DNA of 64,000 nt, taken from contig OX597814.1 in the NCBI GenBank assembly GCA_951406725.2, positions 225,060,001 to 225,124,000 on the forward strand. Reading direction: 5' to 3'. The translations under genes and the position numbers were made by a program. This document shows positions 14,007 through 27,597 of this stretch, in pieces. The first letter of the stretch is position 1, and the number at the start of each line of letters is the position of its first letter. Below the pieces are notes generated by a model. The model was not told the DNA's origin and did not search any database. It saw only the letters and a list, made by a program, of their open reading frames with translations. Source of the DNA: Octopus vulgaris. Taxonomy: Eukaryota.

Positions 14007-14434
14007 GTTAAGGCGGCGAGCTGGCAGAATTGTTAGTACGCCGGAAAAAATGCTTAACGGTATTTCGTCCGAGTCTATATTCCACTGAAGTCGACTTCGC
14101 CTTTCATCATTTTCCGGGCCGATAAAATAAGTACCAGTTGCGTACTGGGGTCATTGTAATCGACTATCTCACTCCACCAAAATTTCAGGCCTATAATAAA
14201 GAGGATGATTTTTTTTAAGGCTGCGAGCAGGCACAATCGTGAGCACACCGGACAAAATGCTTAGCGGCATTTCGTACGTCTTTTCGCTCTGAGTCCAAAT
14301 TCCTTAGAGGTCAACTTTCATTTTCATCCTTTTCGGGGTCGATAAAATAATTACCTATTAAGCACTGAAGTCGATGTGATCGACTTAGCTCCTCCACCCT
14401 GAACTTACAGGCCTTGTTGCCAAAATTTGAAACT
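14007..14434 (+). mobile_element. Head-to-tail dimer of SINE group A
   Basis: Two heads (~14011 and ~14219); a single TSD aatattaaaattt at 13994-14006 and 14435-14447. Confidence 0.85.
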
Positions 14435-15024
14435 AATATTAAAATTTATTTCTTCAGTCCAAAAAATTTTAATCTCATGGTTTTAATTTTTCTATCCATT
14501 TTATGGGATTTTCGATATTTCCATATTGACCTCTTAATGCGGCATGAGCAGTTATGAAGCACCCTTACAGCAATCCACCAACACAGTATCGATTCTACCT
14601 TTACGAAGGTAGCTCGAATATTACATAGTGGCATATCTTTTCAAGGAGAAGGTCTTGGACTGTGTTATTCTTGTTCAGAAAAATTGGATGGCTTTGATTT
14701 TTTTTTTTTTACGTTTTTTCAGCTTCTAACAGGAAAAATTATTTTATTTCCTTAAGCACTTCAAGTGTCGTTGATAAAAGCAACTGATTAGAAAAATTAA
14801 TCACTGCGTGTAATTATGTCAATTAGTACTGTATTTTGATAAAATAAAATAAAATGAAATAAAATATTTTACCCCGGAATGTGTAAAAAAAAAAAAGAGT
14901 CAAGTGTAAAATTTTGTTATCGATTCTATATTTGAATTTTAATGTTTTTTATATGAAGTTTGATTTGAAACATATTTTGAAATGCTTGGAGGCGACACTT
15001 CTGGGCCATCTGAAGATTATCTTT

Positions 15025-15437
15025 TACCCTTTACTTGTTTCAGTCATTAGACTACGGTCATGCTGGGGCACTGCCTTGAAGAATTTTTAGTCGAATGAAT
15101 CGACCCCAGTACTCATAGTCTTTTAAGTCTGATTTTATTCTCTCTCGGTCGGTCTTTTGCCGAACCGCTAAGCTACGATGACTTAGACACACTAACACAG
15201 GTTGTCAAGCGGTGGTGGGAAACAAATACAGGCACAAAGATACGCACACACACATACATATATATACATATATACAAAGAGCTTCTTTCAGTTTCCCTAT
15301 ACTAAGTCCACCCACAATGCCTTGGTCGACTCGAGGCTATAGTAGAAGACGCTCACCTGAAGTGCCATGCACTGTGACTGAACCCAGAACCATGTAGTTA
15401 GGAAACAAGCTTCTTACCACACAGCCGCGCCGGTGCC
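15025..15437 (-). mobile_element. SINE group B (octopus OK-like) with internal CA/TA microsatellite
   Basis: Reverse of ggcgcggctgtgtggtaagaagcttg...gggttcagtc...cagcatgaccgtagtc...tgactgaaacaagtaaaa. Confidence 0.85.
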
Positions 15438-15817
15438 TATAAATTATAAGGATCTTTTGAAAACAATTCATCCAAAATATAGCGAATTCATGTGAATATA
15501 TTTTATGAATAAACCTGGGAAATACCAACTGGCTACCAATAAGCTTGATATCATCTCTGTTCTTTCATAGAAAAAGCTGAGGGCCAAGAGCGAATTTTCA
15601 CGTCAGATTCATGATTGAAATTTTATCCAAGAAGTAATTATTTTTCCAGAATAAATAACCCGTCACCTTGAGTACTATTTCTATGTCGTCAATCTCTTAG
15701 CATTTGGGGAAAAGATGTATGGAGACGGATCAATAAGATAGGAAGTTCAAGGGGGTTCAAGTTCCGTTAATGCGGATGCACGAAACACTTACCTTTGAAA
15801 AAGTTCGGCTCACTTAG

Positions 15818-16080
15818 ATAAATAAATAAATGCGCCCTTTTAAAGCCTAGCCAGGCTCATGGGCCCGGTTTCCCGGTTTCTATGGCGTATGTGTTCCCCA
15901 GTTGGATGAGACGCCTGTCCATCAGAGCGTTACTTATTTTTGCCAGCTGAGTGGACTGGAGCAACGTGAAATGAAGTGTTTTGCTCAAGAACACAACGCG
16001 TCGCACGGTCCAGGAATCGAAACCACAATCTTATGATCATGATGCTAAAACCCTAACCACTAAGCCACGTGCCTTCACTT
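15818..16080 (-). mobile_element. SINE group C (head H2, CORE-like ttcttgagcaaaacactt, tail T2)
   Basis: TSD ggctcacttag at 15807-15817 and 16081-16091; (ttta)n tail. Confidence 0.9.
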
Positions 16081-16689
16081 GGCTCACTTAGCTGTAAATA
16101 AATATTGTTCACTATTGTAACCTGTTGCAAAATTATTGACAAGGTTTCGAGCGTTTTGTCAGCTTCTAGGGCTGAAAGCAATTTCAGCAAATATAGCTTA
16201 GAGAAGATAACCACTCCGAAATGCTTGTATCTCACAGTCTAGGTGGGTGACGCTGCCGGCTGATTTTAGATGTATTTGCACCATTTGTCTACTGCGAGAA
16301 ATTTTCTCTATTACAAAGCACAATAAATGGCTCTCTTGTGGGTTCGAATATCCCCCAAGCATATTTGAACTGATCATAAACTTGTATTTATTGTTTAAAG
16401 TAGTTTTTTGGTATAAAAAGCTGACGAACACACGATAGATTCCATGAAGGCGAAAGCTTTAAATGATGTGCTTCCCGATCTAGCGAGATGCGGAGCTGAC
16501 ACACAAAACAATTGAAGGCTTACGATATATTAGATTCCCGGAATTATTTTTGTTCTCATTTTATTATTGGTAATTTCAACATAAAGTATTCGTTTCAAAT
16601 GTTGTAACTAACTACTGGCTGAAGAAAGGGTGTCTCGTATTCCACCACGTCTATTTTACTGTTTTCCTTATTAATGTATCTGTTCAGTC

Positions 16690-17005
16690 TTTTATTCTTT
16701 TACGGGGACGTAAGCAAACCAACACTGGTTATCAAGCTGTGTTGGGGAACAAACACAAACACAGAGGCACATTCACACTCAGACAGTTATATACATACAT
16801 ACACAAGGGCCTTCTTTCAGTTATATACATATATACACCACACAGTTATACACGTGAATACACGGCGGGCTTCTTTCATTCTCCGAGAACCAAATCCACT
16901 TTGGTCGATCCCAGACTATAGCAGAAGACGCCCAAGGTGCCATGCAGTGGTACTGAACCCGGAACCATGTGATTGGGAAACAAATATCTTACAACACAAC
17001 CACGT
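16690..17005 (-). mobile_element. Diverged SINE group B
   Basis: agaagacgcccaaggtgccatgcagtggtactgaacccggaaccatgtg. Confidence 0.75.
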
Positions 17006-19139
17006 TTAGATAACGCTAAACACCGTTGACAGCGAGAGCATATTAATATTTCATTAACTTACAATTTTTCCGAAAGGCGAAATAAAAATAATGAAATTAC
17101 ATTCAGGTATTCATCCTCTGACAAGAAAGTTTCCATCCTTTTGGCCAGTCTTTCTATCAGTTCCAAGTCCTAGTTCTCTTTTGTATCAGCTAAGATAACT
17201 GATAGTGCAGTAACCTTTGAACTTATCGTGTATATGCATCTTCCTCCATAAGAATATATTTTCTCACTACGTGCGTTTTCATGACCATGTTATATATTTC
17301 GACAAGAAAACTTCGAATTATCCATAGAAATTGGATTCTAAATAAAACTGAAGTCTTTGAAATAGGTAATTTCATTATAATAATCGAGCAAATGCTTAAT
17401 AACAACTGTTATAAGAAAGATAGGTAACTGCAAGTACTATTATTATATAAATATGTCGTTTATAAAATATCTTGTAAATACTTTCCAAAAGCAGTTCTTT
17501 GTCGATATAGCGATAGCTTTGATGTTAGATAGCATTGTAACAAAATTTAGAATTTTTTACCACATTTCAGTAACAATATACGCTGCGCATTATTGATGCA
17601 ATGTCAAAATCTTGTTTGATGATTCAGTTTATATGCAATTTTGGCAATATTGAAAATACATTCTTCATTCTACCATATTAGTTTAAAATGAGCTAACCAT
17701 AAGTAATCGATGGCGTCAGGTGTCTTATAAACGTAGTAAACATAATTAAAAGGAGGTAAAAATTGGAATACAAAATAGTTTTCAATTACTTGGTAAGATT
17801 ATCTTTATTAGAATGGTGTAATACTACTTGGTGTTTATGATCTATTTTTGAAGCAAGGAAAAGCTGCAGAAATCGACGAAGTAAATTTCTGCTGCAAAGT
17901 TTCGATAAGAACATTATTTCTCAAGAGTGTGTATTTGTATCCAGATGAATGAAAGTGAACTACCCCTTCATAATATAAGGATTTTCTCAAAATTACGCTG
18001 ATTTTAATCATGAAATTTAGAGCAACGAGTTAACATCTGCGAGTGCAATATATCAGTCGGGTTAAATTCTTATTAAATATTAATTATACAATTCACGGTT
18101 TCCTGATCATAGTTATCAAAATTAACAGAGTAGCGGGCAACCAGCAGGCAAATCAACTGCTTGTTTACCATCACCTGCAGTGGTGTCTGTAGCTATCACC
18201 TTCTCTATCTCCTAGCAAGTTCTGTAGAATAGAAACAGCTTTTCACTGTAAACTGCGACAATACAATAAAAATGACGAGCATTGGACCTCGAGTTTACTT
18301 CTTTCTGTGTATACACAAATTCTATAACAGAAGTTGCTATATAACAATATTGCAAAATAACTTGATTTGTATTGTAATAGGCGATTAGAATGACTGGTTT
18401 TTAATTCAGGAATTTGTCTAGGATTAAGTCATCCATTTGAAAGAAGTTTTACTACTAGTTCTAGCAGTTTATGTATCAAGCAGAGGCTCCCTTGTTCTTT
18501 GTTTTAGTCTGTTCTAGTGTATTACTATTGCTTATTCCCAAATCATATCGAAGGCATTAACAAAATATTCCAGATGCAAGGATGCTATCTCTTATCATTA
18601 TTTAACAGCAGATTTCTCAAAGCTTGTCAGTTGCTTCTCAAAGGATTGAGAGTCTATTTCGCAGTAAAAATTTACATTCTAAATATTTGATTTGAATAAA
18701 ATAAATTTTGATGACTCTGTTGTTATCTCATATATCCATTAAATGGAAATAAACTACATCAGTTTAAGAGAGTGATGAAATATGATTTGAGACATTGAGT
18801 ATTTCCCAGGAGCATTTGTACTGTCAGTGAAAGATCAACCACATTTAGATCACCGACCATGTCTGCCTAATACCGTCTCGTATATCCGAAAGAAATCAAT
18901 ATTTTGTAAACATTGTTCTTATATTTCAGCTCTATCCTGTCCCTTGAACTACAAGTAGTACCAGTGAGAATGATATGAACATTGCAACTTCAAATTCCTC
19001 TGTTTGTATAGTCAATAGAAACAGATATTTTCATTTATATAGAAATGGATATTTATATATCAATGATTTGTCATTAGCGCTTTATTATCTCCATAGGTTA
19101 AGACAACTCAATAGTTAACTCTACTATATTACAACAGCG

Positions 19140-20160
19140 GATTTATAATTCATCATTACAAGCAGAGCAGATGCTAAAAATTATAGGCTTATCTCTTCTC
19201 TGACCTCACACATCAGCAAATTCATGGAACAAATAGCTTGAAGGAAATTAATTGCGTTCCTTGAAGAAAATGACTTGCAAAGTGATACCCAGCATGGTTT
19301 TCCACCAGGTAGAAGCTGCCTGACACAACTTTTCAACACTACGACTGGGTGTAAAAACAGCTGCTCAACAACTCAAATGTGGACATGATATACCTCGACC
19401 ATGCAAAAGCCTTTCATTAAGTTCACCATGGTATGATATGTCACTAGCTGCCTGATCTTTGCATAGGCAGAAAACCTGGCGAGTGGTAATACGACTTTTT
19501 ATAAGATAGAAGTCAGGTAGTGGTGGCCAACGGAGCCACCTCTAAGGAAGTACAAATAGCGAGTGGTGTTCCACAGGTCACCGTCTTGGGGCCAATGCTA
19601 TTCATAGTAGCCCTCTATGACATGCCCTCAGCTACTCAGATAGCCACACATGCTGGCAGTGCAGATGATACAAAAGTTTATTAAATGATACAGAACTCTG
19701 GAGATATTGCGCATCTGCAACAGGTGTTGGACGCAATATACAGGTGGGCCGAGGATAATGACATGCACTTTAAGGCTGTAAAAATGTCAAGCCTTGCGTT
19801 ACCTTTGCACGAATCTGGATGAAATCCAGACAGTACACATTGGCCCAGGAGGGACTGCAATCCTTGAATCAAACCAATGTGGACCTCGGCGTTGATATGA
19901 GTAATGACGCATCTTTTCAGGCGCAGGTTTAGAACATTCAGAACGAGAGAGCAGGAAACCCTGATGGTCATCGGAAGGGCATTTGTCCTCAACCGTTTAG
20001 ACTACTGCTCCCAACTATGGTCATCACACAGCGTAAACTTAATGGAGGAATTTGAAGCAATTCAGCAAAGCTACACAAAGAAGACCGTCTCAATGTGAGT
20101 TAAGCCCCAACTCTCTAGAACGAAGGCGGGTAAGATATGCAGTGATATACGCCTGGAAAA
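19140..20160 (+). mobile_element. CR1-group LINE reverse transcriptase fossil
   Basis: NYRLISL...QHGFPPGRSCLTQL...VDMIYLDHAKAF...SGVPQVTVLGPMLF...ADDTKV...RLDYCSQLWS...SLERRRVRY; stops and frameshifts. Confidence 0.92.
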
Positions 20161-20257
20161 GAAAATATATTCACATATACATTTACACACACACACATAC
20201 ATGCGCACAAACACAGACACATAAGTGCAAGCACACCCATATGTATATATCTATTTA

Positions 20258-20413
20258 GGCGCAGACGTGACTGTATAGTAAAAAATTTACTTCTCAACCA
20301 CATGATTGTGGGTTCACTCAAACTGCGTGACACTTTGAGGTAGTATCTTCTACTATAGCTTCGGGCCGACCAAAGCTATGTGCCTGGATTTGGGAGACAA
20401 ACTGAAAAAAGGC

Positions 20414-20471
<58 letters not shown>

Positions 20472-20550
20472 TGGCTTTGTAAGAAGCTTGCTTACAAACC
20501 TCATGGTTCCGGGTTAAGTTCCACTACGTGGTATCTTGAGTAGGTGTCTC
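20258..20550 (+). mobile_element. Two partial SINE group B heads separated by (TA)n
   Basis: Heads at ~20258-20415 and ~20470-20550. Confidence 0.7.
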
Positions 20551-20729
20551 TAACTGGTAAATTGGCTGCTGAAATTTATTAACTGCAGAGTAATTTCAGG
20601 CCTCAGCGCTCCAAAGTGAAGGCATTTGATAAAATACACCCTAATATAAATTGTAGAACTTTATGCATACTCGATTTCGGTTGAGCGTCCTCTGTCTAGT
20701 TCTGGAAATAGTGTTTTGTAAGTGTCAGA

Positions 20730-20803
20730 CTACGCTGATGATCTTGCAGATGTCTGCGTGTTTATATACGTAGATATTAACAAGTGAAACCAACTGTACG
20801 TAG
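20730..20803 (+). ncRNA. Type I hammerhead ribozyme (near-canonical)
   Basis: ctacg CTGATGA tcttg...caagt GAAA ccaactg TA cgtag; stem II extended by a 12-bp hairpin atgtctgcgtgt/atacgtagatat. Confidence 0.75.
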
Positions 20804-21197
20804 GTAATCGTTTTTATTTCGTATGTTTTCATTTTTCTTACTCACTTTTACATTTTGGCGTTTTGTTGGGATCTTTTTCTTGGGAACATATTCGTGGTAA
20901 TGGCGATTTGACGACTATGTTTAGCATATAGGGTGTCCACTTTAGTGGTAATTCCTCTTAATTTTGTATATATATATACATTTACATATATTTACATTTG
21001 CTCTCCGGTAGCCTTTTTCGACATTGCTCCACGGCTAAAATCATCGTTAAAATTTTCAAAACAATAAATTTTAAATTTTCTTATTCTGCTGTTATATTAC
21101 TGGCACTCACAGTTAATTAGTAACCATTGTTGAGAATGTATTGATTAGATTATTCCTTGGTGGAGTATCATATGCAGTGATATATAGCCCGCGATTA

Positions 21198-21590
21198 GGC
21201 GACGAGCTGGCAGAATCGTTAGCAGGCGGGGCAAAATGCTTAGCGGCATTTTGTCTGCCGTTACGTTGTGAGTTCAAATTCCGCCGAGGTCGACTTTACC
21301 TTTCATCCTTTCGGGGTCGATAAATTAAGTACCAGTTACGCACTGGGGTCGATGTAATCGACTTAATACCTATGTCTGTCCTTGTTTGTCCCTTCTATGT
21401 TTAGCCCCTTGTGGGTAGTAAAGAAATAGGTATTTTGTCTGTCTTTACCTTCTGCGTCATATGCCGCTGAGGTTGACTTTGCTTTTCATCATTTCGGGGT
21501 CGATAAAATAAGTACTAGTTGTACACTGGGGTCGATATAATTGACTGACTCTATCCCCGGAAATTGCTGACCTTATGTCAAAACTTCGAA
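21198..21590 (+). mobile_element. Multimeric SINE group A (head + core/long tail + core/short tail)
   Basis: Core repeated at ~21280 and ~21465. Confidence 0.88.
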
Positions 21591-23079
21591 CCGCAGCGCT
21601 AGAGACTGGCAGAGAACAATATGAAGTAACTTCTCTGTATATTAGATATTTACTGTCGAATCTTAGAGGTACCACAGAAGACTTTACATCTGCCTAAGAC
21701 AAAACCCTCTTCAACCTAAACTTGCGAAAAAAATCGAGACTAAGCGTGACAGGCTAAAATAGCTCATCAAATATATTGAGCTCTTACTACGTGCATTGTT
21801 TCTCATTTGTATAAATAAACTATTATAGAGTTAATTCTCTCGCCTTCTTTTGGACGCAAGCGCAGCTCCACTGACTTCGCTGACGTGAGTCGAACTGTAA
21901 ACCCTTTCGTTTAACAGCCTATCGTCCACACTTGATTTGGCTTGCAGCATTTTTTATAGTGCATTCCTAGTGACATGAAGCCAATTATCTCAGCATCTTT
22001 TCTTCAGCCTTGTTTTGCAAATCAGTCAATATATCTGTAAAAAGAGAACAGAGTAATATTTCATTAGACAGACTATACTCCCTCCCTCCCTCCCTCCCTC
22101 TCTCTCTCTCTCTGTTTGTCTCTCTCACTCCCTCTTTCTCTTCCTCCCTCCTTGTCTCTCTATTTCCAACTAAACGTTCGTCCAATGTATTGGCTACTAT
22201 CCGATCTCCGGCGATAATTTTATACAATACTGGTAATTAATTCTAACGTTGTTTCTCAAACTACGTGGAACACGAGTAATATTCAGGTGCGGCTAAGAAG
22301 ACCAACAACAACAACAACAATAAAACAATTTAGATGCTTGATCTGACGTGTATGCGCGTACGTTTGTGGATGTTGTATGTGTGTAGGTGTGCATGTGTTT
22401 CTGAGCAGGAAGCTGTGTTTTAAGCATCCGTGGTGATTAATTAGTTTACACACACACATGTAACACGTATATATGGACACCCGCACTGAAAAACAATACA
22501 TTCTTCGTCACCATCATCCATCAACCTTTTGCTGTTTTCTCTCTATTTTTTTTCCATCCATTACATCATTCAATCCTTCTCTTTCTTCTTTTCCTGACAA
22601 CTGTTCTTTCTCCTCCCATCATCATCATCATTATCATTAAACCAGGACCGTCATTCACAACAACATGACAAACATCATCCTCATCCTCATCCTCATCATC
22701 ATCATTATCATCATCACTGTCATCTTAATCATCATTTCCACATACTGCTGCTACACCCATTATTACAACAATAACTGCTACAAGTACAGAGCGGAGCAAT
22801 GCTCATATTTATCGAATTTCATTTTATGATTAACACTGTCCTCCGATTAATAACGATCAGGAATCTAGACCTGGAATGTATTAGATTAATTAATCACTCG
22901 CAAATGTTTACCCATTCACCACTAAAGCGCCGATTTGCTAGAAATGGCGCGAGCCAAATTTTAGTATATACATATATGTATATACTATTGGCGTCATGAT
23001 CCTACTAAGATACAATAGCAACACACATACATACATACACATACACATACACGCATAGTAATGACTAACCTTTCGGTTA

Positions 23080-23475
23080 CTCTTACTCTTTTACTCTTTT
23101 ACTTGTTTCAGTCATATGACTGCGGCCATGCTGGAGCACCGCCTTTAATCGAGCAACTCAACCCCGGGACTTATTCTTTTGTAAGCCCAGTACTTATTCT
23201 ATCGGTCTCTTTTGCCGAACCGCTAAGTAACAGGGACATAAACACACCAGCATCGGTTGTCAAGCAATGCTAGGGGGACAAACACAGACACACAAACACA
23301 CACACGCATATATATACATATATACGACGGGCTTCTTTCAGTTTCCGTCTACCAAATCCACTCACAAGGCTTTGGTCGGCCCGAGGCTATAGCAGAAGAC
23401 ACTTGCCCAAGGTGCCACGCAGTGGGACTGAACCCGGAACTATGTGGTTGGTTAGCAAGCTACTTACCACACATC
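23080..23475 (-). mobile_element. SINE group B, well preserved
   Basis: (tactctt)n tail, internal microsatellite, CORE-like ggcaccttgggcaagtgtc on the minus strand. Confidence 0.9.
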
Positions 23476-23479
23476 CACT

Positions 23480-23527
<48 letters not shown>

Positions 23528-24577
23528 TGCTATCACAGTGTGTGTGTGTATGTATACAAAGGAGATGGCAACCACTTATCTCCCTTCGTTAATACTCCAT
23601 ATACATACTTGTTTCATTTAACCTAATGGAACGCTAAGAACAGCGAAGTGTTCGCTTTCAACAGTTTATATTTCACCACCTGTGTGTATAAATTTCCGTC
23701 TCTCAGGCCTGTTCAGTACAAGGTTATGTAGAATATCAACAATTTATTGAATTAAAGCAAAGACAAAAAAAAAAAAAAGGAAAAAAATCAGGTAAATTTG
23801 TACCGTGCACCTAATATTAAGAATATCGTAGTGAAAGAATTCTTAATGTATAAAGCAGTTAGGGGCATCAAAAGCGGTCCGAGCAGATAAACAACAGCTA
23901 TAATTGCAAGAATTGCTTTTTCCCTTTCATCCTCAAAGCAGATTGTCGTAAATCGCTTTCAATTCTCTCTTCATTGTAAGGGCTTGTTGCAAACTGGATT
24001 TACAGCAGTTATTTATCGGTACTTGTCAATCAGCCTCCTCTGATGATAGAGTTACAGACGTCCTCATATAAGCCTAAGTTCAGAATGAAATTCATTTGAT
24101 ATTTATATCGAATAGAATATATTTTACCCAAGAGAGCAGAAAAAAATTGAGAGAGAACAACGGGTGGTGTTCCTCTCTTAATTTCACACACACACACACA
24201 CACACGCACACGCTTTCCCTGCAATAGGTACAGTACACCAGCGATGCACAGGCGATAAATTTTCCTGGAAATCTCAATTTTTCTCAATCAATGTTGCACT
24301 AATTGTACTGACGGGAACTCAGAGGTCCAAAAGTACAGATGATGAAAAATAAATTATTGAAATTGCACATTTTGTTCTACACTAAAGCGTAATTACTAAG
24401 ATGTCAAAAATTTTGTGCATAAGTGAAATGTATAAAGAGAAAAATATCAATAAATTGGTCGGTCATAGTTCTTTCATCACAGTCTGTGATTTTGTCGATG
24501 ATGTGCCTTCAAGTGCTAAGCTTCCATCGCAATCTGATTTTCTCATAGCTCGGTGAACAGACGTAGATTTTTGAGAA

Positions 24578-24825
24578 TTAAGTGTCCAAGTGACTGGCAC
24601 CATCTACTTGTCCTCCCCCCTCTACATCCGTTAAGTCATTCGCGCTTTCAGTCTTAGACCGCACGTACTTCCGTCTCACATTGCTTAACTGTGTTTCCTC
24701 TTGGAAATAATTAGCTGTCTGTAGAATATATTTGCATGTATCAAAGAATGCCGTTTGCAAACGGTATTCTCTAATGTAAAAATTCTCCGTCCTTGCATGC
24801 AGGTGATGGTATGGTGACAGAGCAT
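24578..24825 (-). CDS. Probable terminal coding exon of a host gene (DALSPYHHLHARTENFYIREYRLQTAFFDTCKYIL...GASHLDT*), product not recognised
   Basis: Long polypyrimidine tract ending ...ctcttttttgttcag acceptor, phase 1, ~82 open codons of non-repetitive sequence, TAA stop; possible AATAAA at 23743-23748. Confidence 0.55.
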
Positions 24826-25657
24826 CTGAACAAAAAAAGAGAAAGATATAAAGAGGAGAAAGTGAGAGTAAGGAAGCGAGAAAAGGAGAGTTGTATGACA
24901 CTGAGATGACGGCGGAATCGCAGATCCAGTTGAGCAATGGAGTTTTTTGTTGAGTCCCTCTATGTTAAGATTTCAACACACCTCAATATCTACTTTGGAT
25001 TTCATCCTCCCGCAGTCGACGAAATAAGCGTCTGCGGAGAATATGGGCACTTCCCCTTTTCCAGGAAGAAAAAAATAAGAAGAAACAAGTAGTGAAGACG
25101 ATATAATAGAATATATTCTTTCCCCGAAATTTATTCCTTTGTAACCGTTTTAGAAAACATGGTAAGAAGCTACAATGCGCAGTTTTATGTTCTATATTTT
25201 CTGTTATAATATTTTTAATAATTCCATTTCATTTTAGTAATATTTTGCTTCTACACAACATGGCACCCTCAACACAACAGACTCAACAAATTATTGTAGA
25301 TACAAATCAACATTTTGAAGTCATTATATTGTACTAAATCAGATTCAAACACAGGTGCTTTCATTTCCCTTACCTTGTGAATGGTTTTTTAAAATTCGTA
25401 AATGTCACATCTTCATAATTCTCTACCGACATCATTACCTAATGTCATGTTTCGTAAGAAATAATTATTTAGAATGATTGGATAGTAATTATTGTAGTGT
25501 CATTAGCGAGCTACGCATGAGTGATGTATCACGGTGACTGGTTTGGAGATCGTTCTGAGTTTACTTCGTGCAATAATTTACAATTTCATTTTGAAATTCA
25601 TTTCTTCGAAGTCCATCAATTGCAACACACACACACACTTGCGCGCACGTACGCACA

Positions 25658-25714
<57 letters not shown>

Positions 25715-25718
<4 letters not shown>

Positions 25719-25985
25719 ATAAAGTGTTGCACTCACGATTGCGAGAACGTCGGTTCGATTGCCAGACCGGGCGTTAAGTTGTTTTCTTGAGCAAAGCACT
25801 TCATTTCACGTTGGTCTGCGACCGTTTCGCCATCTGACATGTTGGACACAGTGCACCCATACAGATAACGTCGATTTGATGAAGGGAGTAAATTTATGTA
25901 TAAACAAACATTTGATCACTATAAACAAATGATCTGTGTCATTGTTTGGCAAGAAATTGCCGAAACCTCATATGTCGTCTAATGA
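25715..25985 (+). mobile_element. Diverged SINE group C with a different tail (T4)
   Basis: ggttcgattgccagaccgggcg...ttcttgagcaaagcacttcatttcacgttg followed by a tail unlike T1-T3. Confidence 0.7.
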
Positions 25986-26368
25986 TATATATATATTAGA
26001 AGAAATAAGGTACTCAAAAATATGGATGGTTTTATATTTACAGATTTTTATTAATATGTCACATGTTTTTATAAATCATATATTAGCGCTTGCATCCACT
26101 CTAGTGGCTTCTTCAGATTTGAATTTTTTGAGGAGATTCGTCTCTTTTTATAGTAGTATTGAGTGTGTAGGGGTGGAGAGAGATATAGGATAGTAAAAGA
26201 AAGTGAGAGAGAGGGAGTGCGTATGCGTGTGTGTGTGCATGTGCCTTTGTATCTGAAAGGTGTGTCAATGGAAAAGAGAAGGAAAGAAAGAAGGAAGAGA
26301 CAAAGAAGAAAAATGTGTTTATATCTATACAGCTGGTCAGTTCTTTCAATAGGAAAGTGATTCTTGGC

Positions 26369-26430
26369 CTTTAAAAATGGCTCGCGAACATCTTACGATC
26401 TTTAAAAATGACTCGCGAAGATCTTACGAC
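26369..26430. repeat. 31-bp tandem duplication
   Basis: ctttaaaaatggctcgcgaacatcttacgat / ctttaaaaatgactcgcgaagatcttacgac. Confidence 0.9.
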
Positions 26431-26739
26431 CTGAACAACCCTCTTTCATACAGTGGTTTGTTGTAAGAGATGGGGCTTCTCTCCATAGTTCCAACTAATA
26501 TAACACCTGGTATCGATTGTTTAGAACCTAAGTTAGCCTTCCTCATGCAGAACTATGTTCATACCATTTTGGTCTTCAAGACTCCGTCTTTTATTCAGGA
26601 ATGAGATAGTTGCAACTAGATCATCTACTATATTCTTTCATTTATTTCAGACGATAAAATGTGATTTGGGGAAGATTTGGCAGTTATTTGTTGTAGATCA
26701 TGCGATCATGTAACTATACTCTCATTGGTTCACGCATGC

Positions 26740-27541
26740 CAGTAAGATCTCGAGCTCGACACGACAGGAGCAGGTAAGATTGGCTCGGCCAGAGCCACGG
26801 TAAATGTTTCTCGGTACTTTTCTTTGATCCCAATAAAATATTTAGGCAAACTTGGCTGCTGGTAGCTAATGTTGCATTTGCTCATTAAGTTGAGTGTTGT
26901 CAAAGTTGTACTGTAGTACGTGGGGATTATAGATGTGCTTGAGTGTTTGAAGGTCATTATGTCTATGTCGGAGCTTGTAGCAAAAAGGTGGGCCACTTCT
27001 CTGTGCTGGCAGTCATATTTTTTTCGGTAGTTTTCTTTTGATATAGCACCTGAATGCCTGTTGGTTATAAAGTGTGCCAGACAATGCCCCTATTCGTCGA
27101 ACTTCATTACATGGTTAACACTGTCCTCGTATTATTAACGACGATGAAACTAAACTTGGAATGTATTGGATTAAATAATCACACGGAAATATTTACGAAT
27201 TGCATTTTGCGAAGGCCATCATTTTTCGTGTAGAGTTTGCGGACCCAAAGTGGACTAAGATAATCTATGATAGATCTACTGTAAAATCTTTTTCTTGACC
27301 AAATGGGAGTGCTCAGAATTTATCTGCATGCCGTTCACATTCTTTAATGTATTTCATGCATTTGCATTGGCTGTTCTTGAATATAATTAATAGTGTGGTC
27401 TTCTCTGTGCTTGCAGACTATGTAGAATAAGAGGGAACTTGATGGATTTGATTGGTGGTTTCTATAAGAATCGAGAATATGGTAAGACAGTGTGTGTTAT
27501 ACTAACATCTGAATACTAGGGTGTATGTATGTATTTATGTA

Positions 27542-27597
<56 letters not shown>

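Noticed and set aside
16415-16465. CTGACGA...GAAAGCTTTA hammerhead-like motif
   Set aside because: Neither stem I nor stem II pairs
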